Of a stretch of DNA of 64,000 nt, positions 10,231 to 19,988 are shown piece after piece; position 1 is the stretch's first letter, and each line of letters opens with the position of its first letter. Location of the stretch: assembly GCA_050115495.1 (NCBI GenBank), contig JASFQK010000030.1:1-64000 (forward strand), given 5' to 3'. A model generated the notes under the pieces. It was not told the DNA's origin, did no database searches, and saw only the letters and a program-made list of their open reading frames with translations. This DNA is from Phycisphaerae bacterium. GTDB taxonomy: Bacteria; Planctomycetota; Phycisphaerae; UBA1845; Fen-1342. The translations under genes were made by a program, and so were the position numbers.

Positions 10231-10830
10231 GCGGAACCCGCCGAGCGAACTGCCGCCGGAACGACGCCACCCGGTCCACCGTCCGATCCGCTCGCCTGGG
10301 TCGACCGGCACGGTGACGCTCTGTACCGATATGCGCTGCTGCACATCGGCGATGCAACACAGGCGGAGGACCTGGTCCAGGAGACGCTCCTCGCCGCACT
10401 TCAAGCCAGAAGGCAATTCGAAGGGCAGTCGAGCGAGCGCACCTGGCTGATCGGCATCCTGAAGCACAAGCTGATCGATCAGTTGCGCCGCGGCCAGCGG
10501 GACCCCGTGAACTCGGACGCCATGGCCGCCATCCTGAGCGAGACCTTCACGGACAAGGGCACCTGGCGTAACGGGCCCAAGCGCTGGGGACGCAGCCCCG
10601 ACGCAGCGGCCGAGAACCGGGAGTTCTGGGATGTGCTCGCCCTGTGCCTGAAGCTTCTGTCGCCGCAGGCCATGTTCGCGTTTTGCCAGCGCGAGCTCGA
10701 GGACACCTCATCGGAGGAAATCTGTGAGGTGCTCGACGTGACGCCGACGAATTTCTGGACATTGCTCCATCGCGCCCGCACGCGGTTGCGACGCTGCCTG
10801 GAGTCCAACTGGTTCAGACGCGAGGCTTGA
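10231..10830 (+). CDS. ECF RNA polymerase sigma factor with no canonical start codon
   Basis: Frame reads WVDRHGDALYRYALL..AEDLVQETLLAAL..FEGQSSERTWLIGILKHKLID upstream of the listed 10483 ORF; AGGAGG at 10219-10224 precedes GCG at 10231. Confidence 0.8.
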   Translation, partial: AEPAERTAAGTTPPGPPSDPLAWVDRHGDALYRYALLHIGDATQAEDLVQETLLAALQARRQFEGQSSERTWLIGILKHKLIDQLRRGQRDPVNSDAMAAILSETFTDKGTWRNGPKRWGRSPDAAAENREFWDVLALCLKLLSPQAMFAFCQRELEDTSSEEICEVLDVTPTNFWTLLHRARTRLRRCLESNWFRREA

Positions 10831-10838
10831 GAGCCACC

Positions 10839-11126
10839 ATGCGCCGCCTGCTCGAATTCCTGCAAGACCTGAACCGCCCCTGCCGCGATATGACCGCGCT
10901 CATTTCCGCATCGTTCGATCAGCAGCTCCCCTGGTCGAAGCGCTTCGCCTACCGCCTCCATATCCTCTACTGCACGTCGTGCCGCCGGTATCGCCAGCAG
11001 TTAGGCGCCCTCCGCCGCGGCCTGCGGGCGATGGGCACCGCCCTCCGCCGAGAGGAGCCGGGCCCCGGCCCGAAACTCGCCGACTCCGCCCGCCAGCGTA
11101 TCACCGACGCATTGCAGAAGCCCTGA
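10839..11126 (+). CDS. zf-HC2 (ZAS) anti-sigma factor
   Basis: CRDMTALIS...RLHILYCTSCRRY (HxxxCxxC), directly after the ECF sigma. Confidence 0.85.
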   Translation: MRRLLEFLQDLNRPCRDMTALISASFDQQLPWSKRFAYRLHILYCTSCRRYRQQLGALRRGLRAMGTALRREEPGPGPKLADSARQRITDALQKP

Positions 11127-11212
11127 ATCACACCGACCGCCCGGCGTAGCCGCCCCGATCCAGGCCCCGTGCGCGGTTCCGCCACCGCCGGCCCAAGAAA
11201 TCGCACTTTTTC

Positions 11213-11240
11213 TGTCAGGATTACCCGTTTCGTTCGACCA
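11213..11240 (+). promoter_or_regulatory. Putative ECF sigma promoter of the spondin PEP-CTERM gene
   Basis: TGTCAGGA-N14-CGACCA. Confidence 0.7.
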
Positions 11241-11320
11241 ACAACCGAACGCAAGTGGCACGCGGGTGACGTCATCCGCGGTCTCAATTCACTGCATCTC
11301 CACGGTAGAGGAGAAAAAGA

Positions 11321-12094
11321 ATGCGCAAGACTCGTTTGGTCGTCTGCACGGGCCTGCTGAGTGCCTTGTTCACCACCGCCGCCCTAGCCGACGATGTGCA
11401 GGTCCGCGTGACGGTCCAGAACCTCGCCCCTGCCAACAGCGTCACGTACTCGCCGCTCAGCGTCGGGTTCGGCAACGGCACGTACGACGCGTTCGATGCG
11501 GGCAGCCTCGCCGGCTCCGCGATCCAGAACATCGCCGAGTTCGGCAACCCGGTCGACTGGTTCCCCGCGTTCATGGCCGCCGAGCCTGACGCCACGCTCG
11601 GCCAGGTCGTGCCGAATCCGCCCGGCCCCCTCACGCCCGGCCAGTCCGCCTCGACCGATTTCACGGTGGACCCCACCATGAATCGCTACTTCTCTTTCGG
11701 CGCGATGGTGGTGCCCAGCAACGACTACTTCATCGGCAACGACTCGCCGATGGCATACGAGCTCTTCGACGGGGCGGGCCAGCTCAACCTGACGAGTATC
11801 TCGCTCTACGGTAGCGACGTTTGGGACGCCGGCACCGAGGTCGACGGCGTCTTCGGCGCGGCGTTTCTGGTTGGCTCCAGTGCCGCCGACCACACGCCGG
11901 ACGATGAACTCATCGCGCACGACTACATGGACCTCGACATGTTCAACGGTCTGACGACCGCGGCGGGGTACACGTTCGACCGCCAGTTCTGCGCGGACGA
12001 CGAGATCTACCGCATTTCGTTCGCGATCGTCCCCGAGCCCAGCGCCCTCGCCCTGCTCGCGGTGGCCGGATTCTTCGCGCTCCGGCGGCGCTAA
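11321..12094 (+). CDS. Spondin_N-domain PEP-CTERM protein
   Basis: VTVQNLAP, IAEFG, MVVPSNDYFIG, WDAGTEVD; VPEPSALALL..RRR. Confidence 0.9.
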   Translation: MRKTRLVVCTGLLSALFTTAALADDVQVRVTVQNLAPANSVTYSPLSVGFGNGTYDAFDAGSLAGSAIQNIAEFGNPVDWFPAFMAAEPDATLGQVVPNPPGPLTPGQSASTDFTVDPTMNRYFSFGAMVVPSNDYFIGNDSPMAYELFDGAGQLNLTSISLYGSDVWDAGTEVDGVFGAAFLVGSSAADHTPDDELIAHDYMDLDMFNGLTTAAGYTFDRQFCADDEIYRISFAIVPEPSALALLAVAGFFALRRR

Positions 12095-12434
12095 CTCGTA
12101 GCGTTCCCCGATCTGTCGGCGGGCGTAGCGCGTGTGGCTCGGCGAACTTCGGCATCGCCGCCGCCGTCCCCCGCCGACGCCGTCTGCCAGTGTTCAGACA
12201 CCAGCGACCCGGTCGCCCACAAGCGGCTGGGTCGTCTGGTTTTGGCACATCATCAGGGATTCCGCGGACGTCCGCGGGCTGACCGAGTCGTTATGACACA
12301 CAACCCCCCGAGAGCATTGACCGCCGAAGGCGGCAATAGCCCGACGTGTCCCCTCCTCCACGGCGCAACTGCGGCTCCGCCGCCGTTGCGCCGCGGGATG
12401 AGGGATATGTCTGTCTCTGTCTGGCCTGGGCGGC

Positions 12435-13169
12435 TTAGCGCCGTCGCAACACGGCCACCACACCCAGCAACAGCACGACCGTCGCCGGCTCCGGAACCAA
12501 CGACATGTCGTCGTAGTAGACGGAGGTCGACTCGGGCGTCTGCGGCGCGCCGGCGTACAGGTCGACTGCCGCGATGTTCAGCAGACCGTCGGTGTCACCG
12601 CCGAACACGCCGGTGGTCCACTGGTAGCCTTCCCCTGCCAGAGCGGGGTCGTCCAGCAGCGTCCCGTTGTAGTACACCTGCACCCAGTCGGCATCCAGGT
12701 CGATGTACGCTTCGATCGCGATCCACTGATCCGCCACGTAGGGCATCACGACCGGCGTGGACGAACCGCAATCCGCCGAGAGGTTCCCGGTGGTCGGATC
12801 GAAACTGATCTGCACAGACCAATTGAACGGCCCGGACGGGTCTGAGTAGTTGTTCAGCAAGATGAAGTGCTGATTGCCGACGAGATCGCTTGGAATGTAC
12901 TGGTAGGCCGTGTAGACCCACTGGCCCTCTGTATACCCCGAGTACTGGTGCACCGAATCCGAGTTGGCGTAGACCTCCTGCGACTGGGTTCCCGTGCGGG
13001 CCATCAGATCCGTGACGAAGCCGGTCGCGCCGGAGTCGCCACCCCAGCCCTGCCAGCCGCCCTGCCCGTCGATCGGCCCGAGCGTATAGGGCTCGAAGCC
13101 GTCGTTCCAATTGCCCAGAGCACTCGCGCAGAGAGCGAGCACCAGGGCCGCAACTAACACGCGGTTCAT
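12435..13169 (-). CDS. PEP-CTERM sorting domain protein
   Basis: Signal peptide; DGQGGWQGW; VPEPATVVLLLGVVAVLRRR. Confidence 0.9.
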   Translation of the reverse strand: MNRVLVAALVLALCASALGNWNDGFEPYTLGPIDGQGGWQGWGGDSGATGFVTDLMARTGTQSQEVYANSDSVHQYSGYTEGQWVYTAYQYIPSDLVGNQHFILLNNYSDPSGPFNWSVQISFDPTTGNLSADCGSSTPVVMPYVADQWIAIEAYIDLDADWVQVYYNGTLLDDPALAGEGYQWTTGVFGGDTDGLLNIAAVDLYAGAPQTPESTSVYYDDMSLVPEPATVVLLLGVVAVLRRR

Positions 13170-13422
13170 CCCTTTCCTCCTATGCCACGAAGATGTGCAT
13201 TGACACGGATGTGAAGAAGATTCCCGCCCGCCCAACGACCCAAGCACTATTCATTGTTGGCTTCCGCTGGCGCGCGCAGATTCTGGCTTCGTACCGACGT
13301 GATAACCTGATTCTCGGCTTAACAAACACGAACGACCGCACGCACTGTCGGCTGAATAGGCTACAGCGGACCCCGCGGCGGCCGGACTCCGTCTCGGCCG
13401 CCGAATGGTGATAGAGCAATGA

Positions 13423-13537
13423 CCTGGAACGGGCGAGACAACGCTGGCCACGCGCCTGGCGACGATCCTGCCGCCGAGGACGCTGGCCGAACCGATCGAG
13501 TCGACGCGGGCCAGTTCGGCGGCGGGCCGGCTGCCGA
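13423..13537 (+). pseudogene. Degenerate fragment of comM/yifB (Walker A region)
   Basis: Ungapped 115-nt match to 16853-16967 with 19 mismatches by hand count; translates PGTGETTLATRLATILPPRTLAEPIESTR. Confidence 0.85.
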
Positions 13538-13585
13538 ACCTGACCCGGCAGCCGGCCTCGCGGCAAGTCCACGGGAACTTTGGTT

Positions 13586-15763
13586 CTACTTGCCGCCGGT
13601 CAGCAGTTCGATGAACGGGTTGATATCGAAGTTGTCGATGAAGCCGTCCCCGTTGACGTCGGCGTTCAGTCGATCACAGTCCGGGTAGGCCGCTTGGTAA
13701 GCGGCGGGGTTCGTCAGCGCCAGCACAAACGCGCTGATGTCGAAGTTGTCGACCGCTCCGTCGCAGTTCAGATCGCCGGAGAGCAGCGCGCCTGGCTCGA
13801 CGCCCAGAATCTCGACGTCGTCGATATTCCAGCCGCAGGCGCCACCGAGATAGGTCGGCCCCATGGTCCACTGGATGTACACGGTCGACTTGCCGTCGGC
13901 GAAGCCGGAGATGTCGTACTCCACGAGCTGCCAGTCGCTGTCGTAGACTTCGTCCTGGTTAAACCAAATGGTCAGGAAGAAGTCGCCGTCGGTGCTCAGG
14001 CGGACGTAGGCGCTGTCGGGTTGATCGCGTACGCCGAGCCAGCGCTGGAACCGCAGCGTCACGTGACTCAGGTTCGAGCAGTCCAGCGCGCCGGTCGTGA
14101 GACTCGTGTACCACAGGTTGCCGGGGTAGTCGCCGTTCAGGTTGTAGCCGTACACGTTCGGTCCGGTGTACCCGCTCGTGGGATCGGGCGAGCCGTGCGC
14201 GCCGCCGTGGCCGGTCGGCTGGCCAAACGCCCACTGCCCTTCGGTCTGCCAGCCGGGATCGGAATCCAACGGAAACGAGTAGATGACGTGGGGAATGCCG
14301 ATTTGCAGTGTGACGTCCCGCACGCGGTCACCGTGATGGTTGGTGAGATTAACGAGCGAGACCGTCGCCTCGTAATCGCCGTGCGGCAGTGACGCCGCGT
14401 TCTCGTTGAGGCTAACGGTAACGTCGACGCTCCCGCCCGCCGGGATCATCCCGCCCGTGTTGTCGATCGTGATCCAGTCGGCGTCCGCGCCGGCGCTGTA
14501 CTCGATCGGGAAGGGCTCGTTGTTGGTCAGCGTGTACGCCTTGGTCGGCGGGTCGAACGGACCGCTGTACGGCCCGATCGAGAAGAAGTCGTCGAGCGGC
14601 TGCACGCCCATGCCGACCGACGCGGGAAGCTGATTGAACAGCAGGTGGGTGGCGTTGGCGAGATCGGTGTTGCCGTCGTCATTCAGGTCGGCCGCGACGA
14701 TGTTCTCGCCGAGCTGGCCGAACCGAGCGATCGTCTGATGGAGCGAAAGCCCACCCGCGCCGTCGTTGAGCAGCAGGCCGGTCTCCTGATGGCTCTCCGC
14801 GTCGCCGTAGACGGTGCTCGTGACGGCCACCTCGGGTGCGCCGTCGCCGGTGACGTCGGCGACCTTGAACACCTCGACGACGTAATACGCCGGCTCGTGG
14901 GGCTCGTAGGTCGCGGGCGTGCCGAACGTGCCGTCGCCGTTACCGAGGATGACCGTGACGGTTTCGCTGCCGTCGTTGAGCGTGACCACGTCGAGATGGC
15001 CGTCGTTGTTCATGTCCGTCAGCGCCATGTCGAACGGCTCGGTCTGACCGATGTTGACCGTGTACGGCGGACCCGGGTTGCCGTGTCCGTCGCCGAGGCC
15101 GAGCTGCACCGTAATGACGGGGTCGTAGCCGTCGACGGAGACGATGTCGAGGACGCCGTCCTCATCGACGTCGCCGACGCCGACGCCGATGCCGCCGGCG
15201 ACGTCGCTGCTAACGAACTCGGTGTAGAACGTGCCGTCGCCGTTGTTGAGCAGGACCGGTCCGTTGTTGGGCGCGACGATGTCGATGTCGCCGTCGTTGT
15301 CCATGTCGCCGAAGCCGAGGGCGAAGCTCGTACCGTGGCCGTTGGAGTATTCGTTGATCGGCCCGAACGTGCCGTCGCCGTTGCCGAGCATGACGCCGAT
15401 GTCGTCGTCGATCACGTCCAGCGCGCCGTCGTCGTTGAGGTCGACGGCGAACACGGTGTGCGCGCCCGACGAATCGATCAGCGTCTGCGTGCTGAACGAT
15501 CCCTGGCCGTCGGTGTTGAAGCTGATCTTGTAGTCGCCCGGGTAGATGAGCTGGCCGAAGCTGTCGTAGCGCGCGGGTTGAACGGTGAAGAGGTCGACGT
15601 CGCCGTCGCCGTCGAAATCGCCAGGAACGGTTCCGAAGCCGCCCGAAAAGCCCCAGTACTGCGGTTCGCCGAAGATGGCCTGTTCGGCCCACGCGGAGGG
15701 GATGATCGCTGTTGCAGCGAGTACCGCCAGGAACGGCGTGACATGGCTCATGCGGAATGACAT
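13586..15763 (-). CDS. Secreted FG-GAP/VCBS repeat protein with BACON-like and dockerin domains
   Basis: Many GDxDxDGxxD and LGNGDGTF repeats; C-terminal GDLNCDGAVDNFDI...ADVNGDG. Confidence 0.9.
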   Translation of the reverse strand: MSFRMSHVTPFLAVLAATAIIPSAWAEQAIFGEPQYWGFSGGFGTVPGDFDGDGDVDLFTVQPARYDSFGQLIYPGDYKISFNTDGQGSFSTQTLIDSSGAHTVFAVDLNDDGALDVIDDDIGVMLGNGDGTFGPINEYSNGHGTSFALGFGDMDNDGDIDIVAPNNGPVLLNNGDGTFYTEFVSSDVAGGIGVGVGDVDEDGVLDIVSVDGYDPVITVQLGLGDGHGNPGPPYTVNIGQTEPFDMALTDMNNDGHLDVVTLNDGSETVTVILGNGDGTFGTPATYEPHEPAYYVVEVFKVADVTGDGAPEVAVTSTVYGDAESHQETGLLLNDGAGGLSLHQTIARFGQLGENIVAADLNDDGNTDLANATHLLFNQLPASVGMGVQPLDDFFSIGPYSGPFDPPTKAYTLTNNEPFPIEYSAGADADWITIDNTGGMIPAGGSVDVTVSLNENAASLPHGDYEATVSLVNLTNHHGDRVRDVTLQIGIPHVIYSFPLDSDPGWQTEGQWAFGQPTGHGGAHGSPDPTSGYTGPNVYGYNLNGDYPGNLWYTSLTTGALDCSNLSHVTLRFQRWLGVRDQPDSAYVRLSTDGDFFLTIWFNQDEVYDSDWQLVEYDISGFADGKSTVYIQWTMGPTYLGGACGWNIDDVEILGVEPGALLSGDLNCDGAVDNFDISAFVLALTNPAAYQAAYPDCDRLNADVNGDGFIDNFDINPFIELLTGGK

Positions 15764-16183
15764 TCTGCTCTCCTCTGTGATGATGTGACGCTGTCGTGTC
15801 CAGCACGGCCCCGCGGACTTGCGCGCGACCGCCGCTGATTGGTCGCAGAATCGGCCCGGCCCTTGCAGATCGCACGCGGAAAATCACCGTAACCTGCTGA
15901 CGTGGCAAACGGTTACGGAACCCGATCGAGTGCAGAAGACCTGGTGAACGCCCGGGCCGTCAGGTTGTCCCCCTTTCCTTTGTGAACAACCGCGTCACTT
16001 CGGTTTATTCCGTCTTTTTCGATGACGAACGACTTGCGCGCGTGTTGTGCTCCTCGGCTTCAGCAGCGACGAATCCACGTTAGCTGGCCATTGAGCCGAC
16101 CGGACGCGGACGATTGCGCTCGGCGGACAGGCTCGCAATTGCCGCCGTAGCAAGCCGCCCCACCCGCCAGTAGAATTCCGACT

Positions 16184-17710
16184 ATGTTTGCCCGATTACA
16201 CAGCATGGCTCTGCAGGGCATCGAGGCCGTTCCTTGTGAGGTGGAGGTGGACGTCGCCGGGCGGGGCTTCGCCGCTCCGGCGCTCGTCGGCCTGCCGGAC
16301 TCGGCGGTGAAGGAGAGCCTCGATCGCATCCGCGCCGCCCTGCAGAATTCGGGGTTCGTCAAGCCGCGGACGCGCACCACCATCAACCTCGCCCCCGCCG
16401 ACATCCGCAAGGAAGGCCCCGCCTTCGACCTGCCCATCGCCCTCGGCTGGCTGCTGGCCGACGATCAGTTGCGCAGCGACGTCATCGACGAGCACTTGAT
16501 CGCCGGCGAACTGGCCCTCGACGGGCGTGTGCGGCCGATCAAGGGGGCCCTGTCGCTGGCCATGCTCGCCCGCGAGCGCGGCTTCCGCGGGCTCGTTGTG
16601 CCACGAGATAACGCCGAGGAAGCGGCGGTCGTCGACGGCATCGAGGTCTACGGCATCGACTCGCTGACGCAGGCGGTGAGCTACCTCGCCGGCGAGTTGC
16701 CGCTTGAACCGACATCGGTCGACCTGGACGCCCTGTTCGCTCGGGCGGCGAAGTACGACGTCGACTTCTCCGACGTCCGCGGGCAGGAACACGTGAAACG
16801 GGCTCTGCTCATCGCCGCCGCCGGCCGACACAACGTGCTGATGATCGGGCCGCCGGGAACGGGCAAGACGATGCTGGCCAAGCGGCTGCCGACGATCCTG
16901 CCGCCGATGACGCTGGCCGAATCGCTCGAAACCACGCGGATCTACTCGGCGTCGGGCCGGCTGCCGAGCCAGGCCAGCCTCATGGCCACGCGGCCCGTCC
17001 GCCAGCCGCACCACTCGATCAGCATTCCGGCCCTCGTCGGCGGCGGAACGGTGCCCTCCGCCGGCGAGATCTCCGCCGCCCATCACGGCGTGCTCTTCCT
17101 CGACGAATTGCCCGAGTTCACCCGCAGCGTGCTCGAATCGCTCCGCCAGGTCATGGAGGACGGCGTCGTCACCATCGCCCGCGCCCACAGCGCCGTCTGC
17201 TTCCCGGCGGATTTCCTGCTCGTGGCGGCGATGAACCCCTGCCCGTGCGGCTACTTCACCGATCCCCGGCGGCCGTGCAAGTGCTCCGCCCCGCAGATCG
17301 ACCGCTACCTGGCCCGCATCTCCGGCCCGTTGCTGGAGCGGATCGACATTCACATCGAGGTGCCCGCAGTGCCGGTAGCGGCCCTGCGCGACATGCAGCC
17401 GGGCACGGACAGCGCCACCATGCGTGAGCAGGCTGCCCGGGCCCAGGTGGTCCAGCGTGAGCGTTTCGCCGGCGGCACGACGACAAACGGCCGCATGACC
17501 TCGCGCGAGCTGCGCAAGCACGCCGCCATCGACGCCGATGGCGAGCGTATTCTGCGCCAGGCCGTCGGCGAGCTCGGCCTCAGCGCCCGCGCCCACGACA
17601 AGGTCCTCCGCGTCGCCCGCACCATCGCCGACCTGGCGGGCGAGAAGAACGTATCAGCGACGCACCTGTCCGAGGCGATTCAGTATCGGAGGCTGGATCG
17701 GAGTCTGTAA
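16184..17710 (+). CDS. comM: YifB/ComM Mg-chelatase-like AAA+ ATPase
   Basis: VGLPDSAVKES, INLAPADIRKEG, GPPGTGKT, LFLDELPEF, AAMNPCPCG, LSARAHDKVLRVARTIADL. Confidence 0.95.
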   Translation: MFARLHSMALQGIEAVPCEVEVDVAGRGFAAPALVGLPDSAVKESLDRIRAALQNSGFVKPRTRTTINLAPADIRKEGPAFDLPIALGWLLADDQLRSDVIDEHLIAGELALDGRVRPIKGALSLAMLARERGFRGLVVPRDNAEEAAVVDGIEVYGIDSLTQAVSYLAGELPLEPTSVDLDALFARAAKYDVDFSDVRGQEHVKRALLIAAAGRHNVLMIGPPGTGKTMLAKRLPTILPPMTLAESLETTRIYSASGRLPSQASLMATRPVRQPHHSISIPALVGGGTVPSAGEISAAHHGVLFLDELPEFTRSVLESLRQVMEDGVVTIARAHSAVCFPADFLLVAAMNPCPCGYFTDPRRPCKCSAPQIDRYLARISGPLLERIDIHIEVPAVPVAALRDMQPGTDSATMREQAARAQVVQRERFAGGTTTNGRMTSRELRKHAAIDADGERILRQAVGELGLSARAHDKVLRVARTIADLAGEKNVSATHLSEAIQYRRLDRSL

Positions 17711-17912
17711 CCGTGGCGGCGAGGCCGCACGGGTTGTTAACTGGGGAGCAGACGTCGGCGTTGGCGTCAGACGCGGTTGGTTTCCGGGTCTCGTGCGCGC
17801 GACCGGCTGGCCTGTGTATTCGTCAGACCCGCGGGTATCATACCGCCGGCTGCCGGGCGGGAGTGTCGTGCATGTCGCACGAGTCCGGCGCCGACTTACA
17901 GAGGGTCCAGCC

Positions 17913-19070
17913 ATGTTGTTGCGCAATCGCGCGATGTTGTTCGCGATCGGCACCGTCCTCGTCGACCTCGGTCTGTCGGCGGCGGCAACCGCCCAGGAGA
18001 AGGAAGCGACGCCCGACGAGGCTACGACGCAGCCCGCTAGGCTGACGGTCGGTGATCCGGCGCCGCCCGTGCAGGTCGAGAAGTTCCTGAAAGGTGACGC
18101 GGTCGAGGCGTTCAAGCCGGGCCACAGCTACGTCATCGAATTCTGGTCCACCTGGTGCGGTCCGTGCCGAGCCGGCATGCCCCATCTGACCGAGCTTCAG
18201 AAGAAGTTCAAGGACAAGGTCACTTTCGTCAGCGTGAACATCTGGGAGGACAAAGAGTATTCCGAGAAGACCCTCGCCAAAGTGCAGGAGTTCGTCAAGA
18301 AGAACGACGAGAAGATGGGCTATACCGTCGCTTACGACGGCGCGGCGAAGAAGATGGACACGGCCTATATGAAGGCCGCCAACGAGAACGGCATCCCGAC
18401 CGCGTTCATCGTCACCACCGACGGGAAGATTGGCTATATCGGCCACCCGCAGAATCCGCGTTTCGAGGAGACGCTCCAGCAGCTCGTCGACGGCACGTTC
18501 GACATAGCGAAGGCGATTGCGGCGTGCAAGGAAGAGCAGGAGCGCCAGGCGGCGTGGGAGAAGGCCTACGGCCAGTACGTCGCGTTGATGACCGAGGCCC
18601 GCGCGCTCGTCGAGGCCGGCAAGATCGACGAAGGCTTGGCCAAAATCGACGAAGCGGGGAAGCTCTTGCCCGACGCGGACCCGGCCGGCGTGGACATGCA
18701 GAAGTTCCACGTGCTGATATACGCGAAGGAATACGACCAGGCCTACGCCATCGCGGCTCGGCTCGTCGCGGGGCCGTTCAACGACAATGCCTCCGCACTG
18801 AACAGCATCGCCTGGTCGATCGTCGACCCCGAGGCCGCGATCATGAAGCCCGATCTGCCCCTCGCCTTCAAGGCCGCCGAGCGGGCCGTCGAACTGACCG
18901 AGTCCAAGGACGCCTCCATCGTCGACACGCTCGCCCGCTGCTACTGGCTGAAGGGCGACAAGGCGAAGGCCATCGAACTCCAGACGCAGGCCGTCGCGTT
19001 GTGCGAGGACAATCCGGCGATGAAGGAGTCGCTCCAGAAGACGCTCGACGAGTACAAGCAATTGCAGTAA
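17913..19070 (+). CDS. TlpA-family redoxin with C-terminal TPRs
   Basis: Signal peptide; LTVGDPAP; EFWSTWCGPC; GIPTAFIV; LNSIAW, DTLAR. Confidence 0.9.
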   Translation: MLLRNRAMLFAIGTVLVDLGLSAAATAQEKEATPDEATTQPARLTVGDPAPPVQVEKFLKGDAVEAFKPGHSYVIEFWSTWCGPCRAGMPHLTELQKKFKDKVTFVSVNIWEDKEYSEKTLAKVQEFVKKNDEKMGYTVAYDGAAKKMDTAYMKAANENGIPTAFIVTTDGKIGYIGHPQNPRFEETLQQLVDGTFDIAKAIAACKEEQERQAAWEKAYGQYVALMTEARALVEAGKIDEGLAKIDEAGKLLPDADPAGVDMQKFHVLIYAKEYDQAYAIAARLVAGPFNDNASALNSIAWSIVDPEAAIMKPDLPLAFKAAERAVELTESKDASIVDTLARCYWLKGDKAKAIELQTQAVALCEDNPAMKESLQKTLDEYKQLQ

Positions 19071-19335
19071 GCAGCCAGGTTGTGCAAAGTGTCCGGCGAC
19101 ATGGCTCGTCGGCGGAGGCGTTGCGGTACATAGCCAGCGAAGAGCTGATCGCCGCAACGCCTCTGCCCGACGCGATTCGGTAACGCCGGCTGGATCGCAG
19201 CCTGCAGGATGTTCGGCGAAAGCCGAGGGGAGCAACCGCTCACCGGGTGTGGGGATCGCGGCGACCACGAACCAGACACTCCCAACACACTGGTTTGGGC
19301 CTCGGTGACCCGCCGGTCGAATCAAGGAGTCGCAC

Positions 19336-19896
19336 GTGCCACTGTGGGACTGGCTGTTTGGTGGAAAGGACCCGTCCGCAGACTGGGTGGCCGACCCGGC
19401 GGTCGCCCACGTGTTGGATCTCGATCGGCCGAGCCTGTGCGGCATTGCGCTAGGGGACTCGGCCGACGAGATCGCCCGTCTCGGCCCACCGGAAAACCGG
19501 CATGCGACCCGCGATGAGCAATACTCGTACGACAAACACGGCTTCACGATCGACGTGGACGAACGGGCGGTCAGCGGATTCATCATCTTCTTCGTGGAGG
19601 TGAAGGGGCTGCGCTGCACGCCCTTCTCGGGCGAGGCCGTGCACGCGGGCCAGACGTTCACCTTGTCGGCGGAGACCCGGGAAGGGGAATGGCGCGAGCG
19701 CTTCGGCGAGCCGTACTGGCGTGACGCCGACAAGGGTGAAATCCTGCTCTTCTACGAACTGGGCGACGTGGAATGGCAGGTGGAATTCGATCGGACGGGA
19801 CACCTGCGTGTCCTGAACATCGTCACGCCGCCCATGTTCAACGATGCCCGTCAGCGGGCAGCGTACGGCGTCGACAAGCCGTGGCCACCGAGGTAG
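19336..19896 (+). CDS. Hypothetical protein
   Basis: AAGGAG SD; coding-like codon usage; FGEPYW motif. Confidence 0.65.
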   Translation: MPLWDWLFGGKDPSADWVADPAVAHVLDLDRPSLCGIALGDSADEIARLGPPENRHATRDEQYSYDKHGFTIDVDERAVSGFIIFFVEVKGLRCTPFSGEAVHAGQTFTLSAETREGEWRERFGEPYWRDADKGEILLFYELGDVEWQVEFDRTGHLRVLNIVTPPMFNDARQRAAYGVDKPWPPR

Positions 19897-19988
19897 GCAC
19901 CTAACCCAGACGACGGGCCCGGGGCAACGGCATCGCCGCGGGCACCGCGACCGAGGGCAGAAGCGAGGGAACTTCTGGGGAGTCTCAG

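Noticed and set aside
12185..12262. Hammerhead ribozyme (CUGAUGA on the minus strand)
   Set aside because: The required GAAA after stem II is absent.
19107..19172. Long hairpin after the redoxin gene
   Set aside because: Adequately explained as a terminator or mRNA-stabilising stem; single copy in the window.
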